DNA from: Octopus sinensis
Taxonomy: Eukaryota
Reading direction: 5' to 3'
NCBI RefSeq assembly: GCF_006345805.1
Contig: NW_021836084.1
Span: 1 to 25,595, forward strand
DNA: 25,595 bases
Below the pieces are notes generated by a model. The model saw only the letters and a list, made by a program, of their open reading frames with translations, did not search any database and was not told where the DNA came from. Below are positions 20,780-25,595 of this stretch, in pieces (the first letter of the stretch is position 1; the number at the start of each line of letters is the position of its first letter). Both the position numbers and the translations under genes were made by a program.

Positions 20780-21038
20780 TATTAATACTAAATAGAACAA
20801 ATAAGTCCATAATCAGATAAGATTTTTTCGGGATGTTATATAAGAATAAAAAAGATTACTCACGAGACACAAACCAGATTATTTCTGTTAGATATCATTG
20901 TGTGTAATAAACAGAATGCGCGTCGGCGACAAATGGGAACAATTATCTATTGACAAAAGTACCAAACACAGCATTGTTGGGAATAAATGTGCATATGGAA
21001 ACGAAAAAAGCCAACGTTAAAATATAAATATAGACCCG

Positions 21039-21658
21039 AAGGCGGTGAGCTGGCAGAAGCGTTAGCACGCCGGGTGAAAGAAATGCTTTGCGGTATTTCG
21101 TCTGCCGTTAAGATCTGAGTTCAAATTCCGTCGAGGTCGACTTTGTCTTTCGTCCTTTCGGGGCCGATAAATTATGTACCAGTTACGCACTGGGATCGAT
21201 ATAATCGACTTAATCCCTTTATCTGTCCTTGTTTGTCCCCTATATGTTTAGCCCCTTGTGGGCAATAAAGAAATAGGAAATGTTAGCACGCCGGACGAAG
21301 AGCTAAGCGGTATTTCGTCCGTCTTTACGTTCTGAGTTCAAATTCCGCCACGGTCGACTTTGCCTTTCATCCTTTCGGGATCGATAAATTAAGTACGAGT
21401 TTCGTACTGGGATTATCTAATCGACTGGTCCCTTCCCAAAAATTTCGGACGTTGTGCCTAGAATAGAAAAGAATATTATTTAAAGGCGGCAAGCTAGCAG
21501 AATCGTTAGCACGCTCGCCAAAATGCTTTCGGCATTTCGTCCGTTTTTACGTTCTAAGAGGAAATTAAGTACCAGTTGAATATTGAGGTAAATGTAATCG
21601 ATTAGCTCTCAACCCCCACATTTCAGGCTTTGTGCCTATGGCAGAAAGGGCTATTATT
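21039..21658 (+). mobile_element. SINE family A trimer (A1 unit followed by two A2-tail units)
   Basis: Units start at 21039, ~21276 (junction AAAGAAATAGGAAATGTTAGC) and ~21483; the third is internally deleted. Confidence 0.85.
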
Positions 21659-21699
21659 ACTCATTTTGTTTATCCTGTACAAGCGTGTACTGATCATCA

Positions 21700-21800
21700 T
21701 CTTATTTATTTTATTCAATTTCAGAAAAATGAAGCATCTCTTTGACAATTCCGAAGTGCGTTGAACCTCATTTTGTGCGTGACTTCTGGCCCACCCTGTA
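21700..21800. mobile_element. Isolated Tc1/mariner terminus
   Basis: Reverse complement TACAGGGTGGGCCAGAAGTCACG has the TA-CAGGGTG form of Tc1/mariner TIRs; no partner end found. Confidence 0.55.
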
Positions 21801-22206
21801 CACACACACACACACACACATTGGTGCAGAGCAATTTAAACCATAAATTGCGTGAGAAATAATCAGTATTTAGATCTCCATGTCTACTTCCTTTCATGCA
21901 TTGTAACTGTATACATTGTTCATGTAATGCAGTTGCATCCATGCATCCGGGTCTGTGTGTTAAAGAGTATATTTAGAAAACAAAGCAAACCTGAGATCGC
22001 TTATAAGATATTTGGTTACATCATCTACCGTACGTTTCATTAACATTAGGTGGTTATTAATAACATTGTCAAATCGTCAGAGACGAAAAGATGACTGCAT
22101 TCACTATCGTGTAAACAGCAAGCGATTGTACAGTCAAATGACATAACCAGGATGTCTTGAGACATCTCCACGATGGTTAAGTGAAGTAGAAATTTTTAAA
22201 AATACT

Positions 22207-22445
22207 CGACCCTAATGATATAACAATATGTCTTGATTATGTAATTTACATTAAGTAATTATCACCTTGCGTTAATGAAATTACGAAAGATGGTGAAAAT
22301 AGACATCATACATAAAACTTCGCAGAGATAATCTTCTGATGCTTGGATGACGCATAAAGACTGGTTTCTAGTTTCGGGAGGTTTTATGACGTGTGTGTGC
22401 GCGCGCCTCTGAGTATATGTCTGTATGCCTGTGTGTGTGTGTATG

Positions 22446-22479
<34 letters not shown>

Positions 22480-22665
22480 ATCCTACTTTCTATGCTCTAC
22501 GTTATATATTTTAATAATTACTGGTATTTTTATGTTATATTTGTAAAGCATGATATGTTATACATGTATATATATTGTTATATTGTTATAAGTGTTTTAT
22601 TTTTTAAATAAATAAATAGACATAATATAATGTCTAAAAGTTGATGAATACCACCTCATGATCCC
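22207..22665 (+). repeat. Left arm of a near-identical large inverted duplication
   Basis: Reverse complement of 24693-24740 plus 25192-25595. The outer ~200 bp appear identical, with few substitutions elsewhere outside the microsatellite. Confidence 0.9.
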
Positions 22666-22843
22666 CTCCATTTTCTTATTGCTTTATAATACATAATATA
22701 TATATATAAAATACATACATATATATATATATATGTATATTATATATTGTATATGTATATATATATATGTGTGTGTGTGTGTGGGTGTGTGTGTGTGTGT
22801 ATGTGTTATATATATATATATATATGTGTATTCTGTTATTCTG

Positions 22844-23175
22844 TTACTTGTTTCAGTCATCTGACTGCGGCCATGCTGGGGCACCGCCTTTAGTCGAACA
22901 AATAAGCCTAGAGCTTATTCCATCGGTCTCTCTAGCTAAAGTTACGGGGACGTAAACACATCAACACTGGTTGTCAAGCGATGGTGGAGGGACAAACGCA
23001 CACACACACATATATATATACGACGGGTTTCTTTTGGTTTCCGTCTACCAAATCCGCTCACAAGACTTTGGTCGGCCTGAGACTATAGTAGATGACACTT
23101 GCCCAAGGTGCCACACAGTGGGACTGAACCCGGATCAATGTGGTTGGAAAGCAAGCTTCTTACCACACCAGCTAC
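22844..23175 (-). mobile_element. SINE family C, diverged
   Basis: TTACTTGTTTCAGTCAT...CACTTGCCCAAGGTGCC...GGGACTGAACCCGG. Confidence 0.8.
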
Positions 23176-23178
23176 ATC

Positions 23179-23209
<31 letters not shown>

Positions 23210-23210
23210 G

Positions 23211-23393
23211 TAACAAAAATGTACAAGTGTCAATTCATTACGGCCGTTTCAAGCGGCTCCATTTAATTGATTAATGTAAACATTACGTTAATTTGAAAGA
23301 AACCGTTTCACACTGATGTAATGTTTTCATTAATCAATTAAATGGAGCCGCTTGAAACGGCCGTAATGAATTGATACCTCTACATCTTTGTTA
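23211..23393. repeat. 78-bp-arm hairpin with a 27-nt loop
   Basis: 23211-23288 vs 23316-23393, including a ~47-bp perfectly paired core. Confidence 0.9.
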
Positions 23394-23749
23394 TTTATTC
23401 ATTTTCTGTTCAACCAGCTTGGAATCTGAACTTCGGAAATACCATAGAAAGTACCTTTATAAAAAGTACACGTCTGAATTACCATGGGCGAATATCTTCA
23501 CTTAGCTTGCGTTGTCTATACACACGACAGGAATATAGGGTACAAATACCCCTACACGGAGTCTTGATATTCAAATAATACTGTTGGGGTGCGGAGATTA
23601 TACCGAACTAGCAGGGTGCTTCAATTTAAGTACCAAATTCAACTGAATTTTAATTGTATGTATATATATACAATTAAAATTGGAGAGCATAACGATCAAT
23701 GTTGAAACTGAAAAAAGATTAGCTTATATGGTGAACTAGAAGCCATTTG

Positions 23750-24600
23750 AATCGTGGAAAAGAGTTATATGTATCAGGGGGATTCGCGCCGGCTATCAAA
23801 ATGTCGTCAACATGACTACTGCTCAGTGTCTCGTGAACCCTGTAAAAGTTGTAAGCCGTGTCATGGGAGCTACGACGAAGACTACGAAACCATGGTCAGC
23901 AGGAAGGGACACAGCAGGCGTTTGCACGCCGGAATCCGCCCGCAAATATTTGAACAGGACCTTAGGTTTAATACAGACGGTTATGTGAAGCTACTGGAGA
24001 CTGTTATCAAAACCTGGCTGGAGAAGTTTGCTGCTGGAAGGCCATATGTGTAGCAGCAGGATTGTATTCTTAGCCATCCCTCCGGAAAGTGTCAGAAGTG
24101 ATTGCCGGAGAATTTCTACGACTTCACCAGCCCCGATTTTTGGCCTTTTAATTCTCCTTCGATTGTTGTCCTGCGAATCCCTATGCGTGAAGCACAGTTC
24201 AGAAAGACACCAACCGTTCTGTTTGCACCAATAAGGCCGAGCTGGAGGTCAAGATCAAAGAGGTGTTTGAAGATCTTCCCGCGGGACGCAGTAAGGAGCG
24301 CATACATATCATATTTCTATTTCTTTATTACCCACAAGGGGCTAAATATAGAGGGGACAAACAAGGACAGACATAGGTATTAAGTCGATTACATCGACCC
24401 CAGTGCGTAACTGGTACTTATTTAATCGACCCCGAAAGGATGAAAGGCAAAATCGACCTCGGCGGAATTTGAACTCAGAACGTAGTGGCAGACGAAATAC
24501 CGCTAAGCATTTCGCCTGGCGCGCTAACGTGTCTGCCAGCTTGCCGCCTTATATCATATTTCGTCTCGAACCCGTTGTGGAAGCTGTGAGCAGTTGATCT
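23750..24600 (+). pseudogene. DD37D (maT-like) Tc1/mariner transposase remnant, internally deleted and split by a SINE
   Basis: IFEQDLRFNTDGYVKLLETVIKTWLEKFAAGRPYV*QQD...ENFYDFTSPDFWPFNSP and KDTNRSVCTNKAELEVKIKEVFEDLP. It resumes after the SINE with RLEPVVEA. Subfamily call is from motif recall. Confidence 0.75.
24318..24550 (-). mobile_element. Full-length SINE family A with a 12-bp TSD
   Basis: ATATCATATTTC at 24306-24317 and 24551-24562. Confidence 0.9.
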
Positions 24601-24692
24601 GAATAAATTGTTATCTCCCAGCCAGAATCCGATTGATATTCTTTCATTTTTTGAAATACTTTTAGTTTCGGTTGGGATCCTGTGCTTCGGTT

Positions 24693-25595
24693 GGGATCAT
24701 GAGGTGGTATTCACCAACTTTTAGACATTATATTATGTCTCTCTTTTCTCTTTTCTCTTTTACTTGTTTCAGTCATTTGACTGCGGCCATGCTTGAGCAC
24801 CGCCTTTAGTCGAGCAAATCGACCCCGGAACTTATTCTTTGTAAGCCCAGTACTTATTCTATCGGTCTCTTTTGCCGAACCGCTAAGTTACGAGGACGTA
24901 AACACACCAGCATCGGTTGTCAGGCAATGCTAGGGGGACAACACAGACACAAACACACACACACATACATATATATATACATATATACGACAGCTTCTTT
25001 CAGTTCCGTCTACCAAATCCACTCACAAGGCATTGGTCGGCCCGGGGCTATAGCAGAAGACACTTGCCCAAGATGCCACGCAGTGGGACTGAACCCGGAA
25101 CCATGTGGTTGGTTAGCAAGCTACTTACCACACAGCCACTCCTGCGCCTATGGTTAGCAAGCTACTTACCACACAGCCACTCCTGCGCCTAATGTCTATT
25201 TATGTATTTTAAAAATAAAACACTTATAACAATATAACAATATATATACATGTATAACATATTATGCTTTACATATATAACATAAAAATACCAGTAATTA
25301 TTAAAATATATAACGTAGAGCATAGAAAGTAGGATATCATATATATATATATATAGAGGCATACACGCACAGGCATACTCACACACTCTCAGAGGCGCGC
25401 GCACACACACGTCATAAAACCTCCCGAAACTAGAAACCAGTCTTTATGCGTCATCCAAGCATCAGAAGATTATCTCTGCGAAGTTTTATGTATGATGTCT
25501 ATTTTCACCATCTTTCGTAATTTCATTAACGCAAGGTGATAATTACTTAATGTAAATTACATAATCAAGACATATTGTTATATCATTAGGGTCGA
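24693..25595 (-). repeat. Right arm of the inverted duplication (interrupted by a SINE; runs off the window end)
   Basis: 24693-24740 and 25192-25595 are reverse complements of the left arm. Confidence 0.9.
24741..25191 (-). mobile_element. Full-length SINE family C with a duplicated 41-bp head and a 6-bp TSD
   Basis: ATGTCT at 24735-24740 and 25192-25197; 25110-25150 is identical to 25151-25191. Confidence 0.9.

Noticed and set aside
1105-22955. Numerous poly-YI, CV, HT and I/M ORFs in the ORF track
   Set aside because: Translations of (TA)n, (CA)n and (AAT)n microsatellites.
23393-23690. Penelope ORF fragment next to the 78-bp hairpin
   Set aside because: Hand translation gave no RT or GIY-YIG motif; left unassigned.
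22207-25595. Inverted duplication as an assembly mirror artefact
   Set aside because: The arms differ by substitutions, by microsatellite content and by a TSD-flanked SINE present in only one arm.

Overview
Repeat-saturated, mostly non-coding eukaryotic DNA. It is very probably an octopod cephalopod intron or intergenic region, inferred from the tRNA-derived SINE families and the extreme microsatellite load. No intact protein-coding gene is supported. The long ORFs are microsatellite read-throughs or decayed transposases: two mariner-like, one Tc1-like, one DD37D/maT-like, plus a CR1-like LINE 3' end. The window also holds about 20 SINE copies from at least four families, some in head-to-tail arrays, and a hAT-type MITE with an 8-bp TSD. 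There is a >=460-bp near-identical inverted duplication near the right end and one plausible 40-bp host exon. The most interesting signal is four minimal type I hammerhead-ribozyme-like folds, in three unrelated short repeats flanked by (TA)n, two of which are fold-backs. All have short, (near-)palindromic stem III, as in Penelope-like-element hammerheads. Three have non-canonical cores: CCGACGA twice, and GUGAACA with a compensatory G3-C8 swap. Fold-back junctions fall in or beside the ribozyme motif. All folds were read by eye and are untested; coordinates of degenerate repeat ends are approximate.
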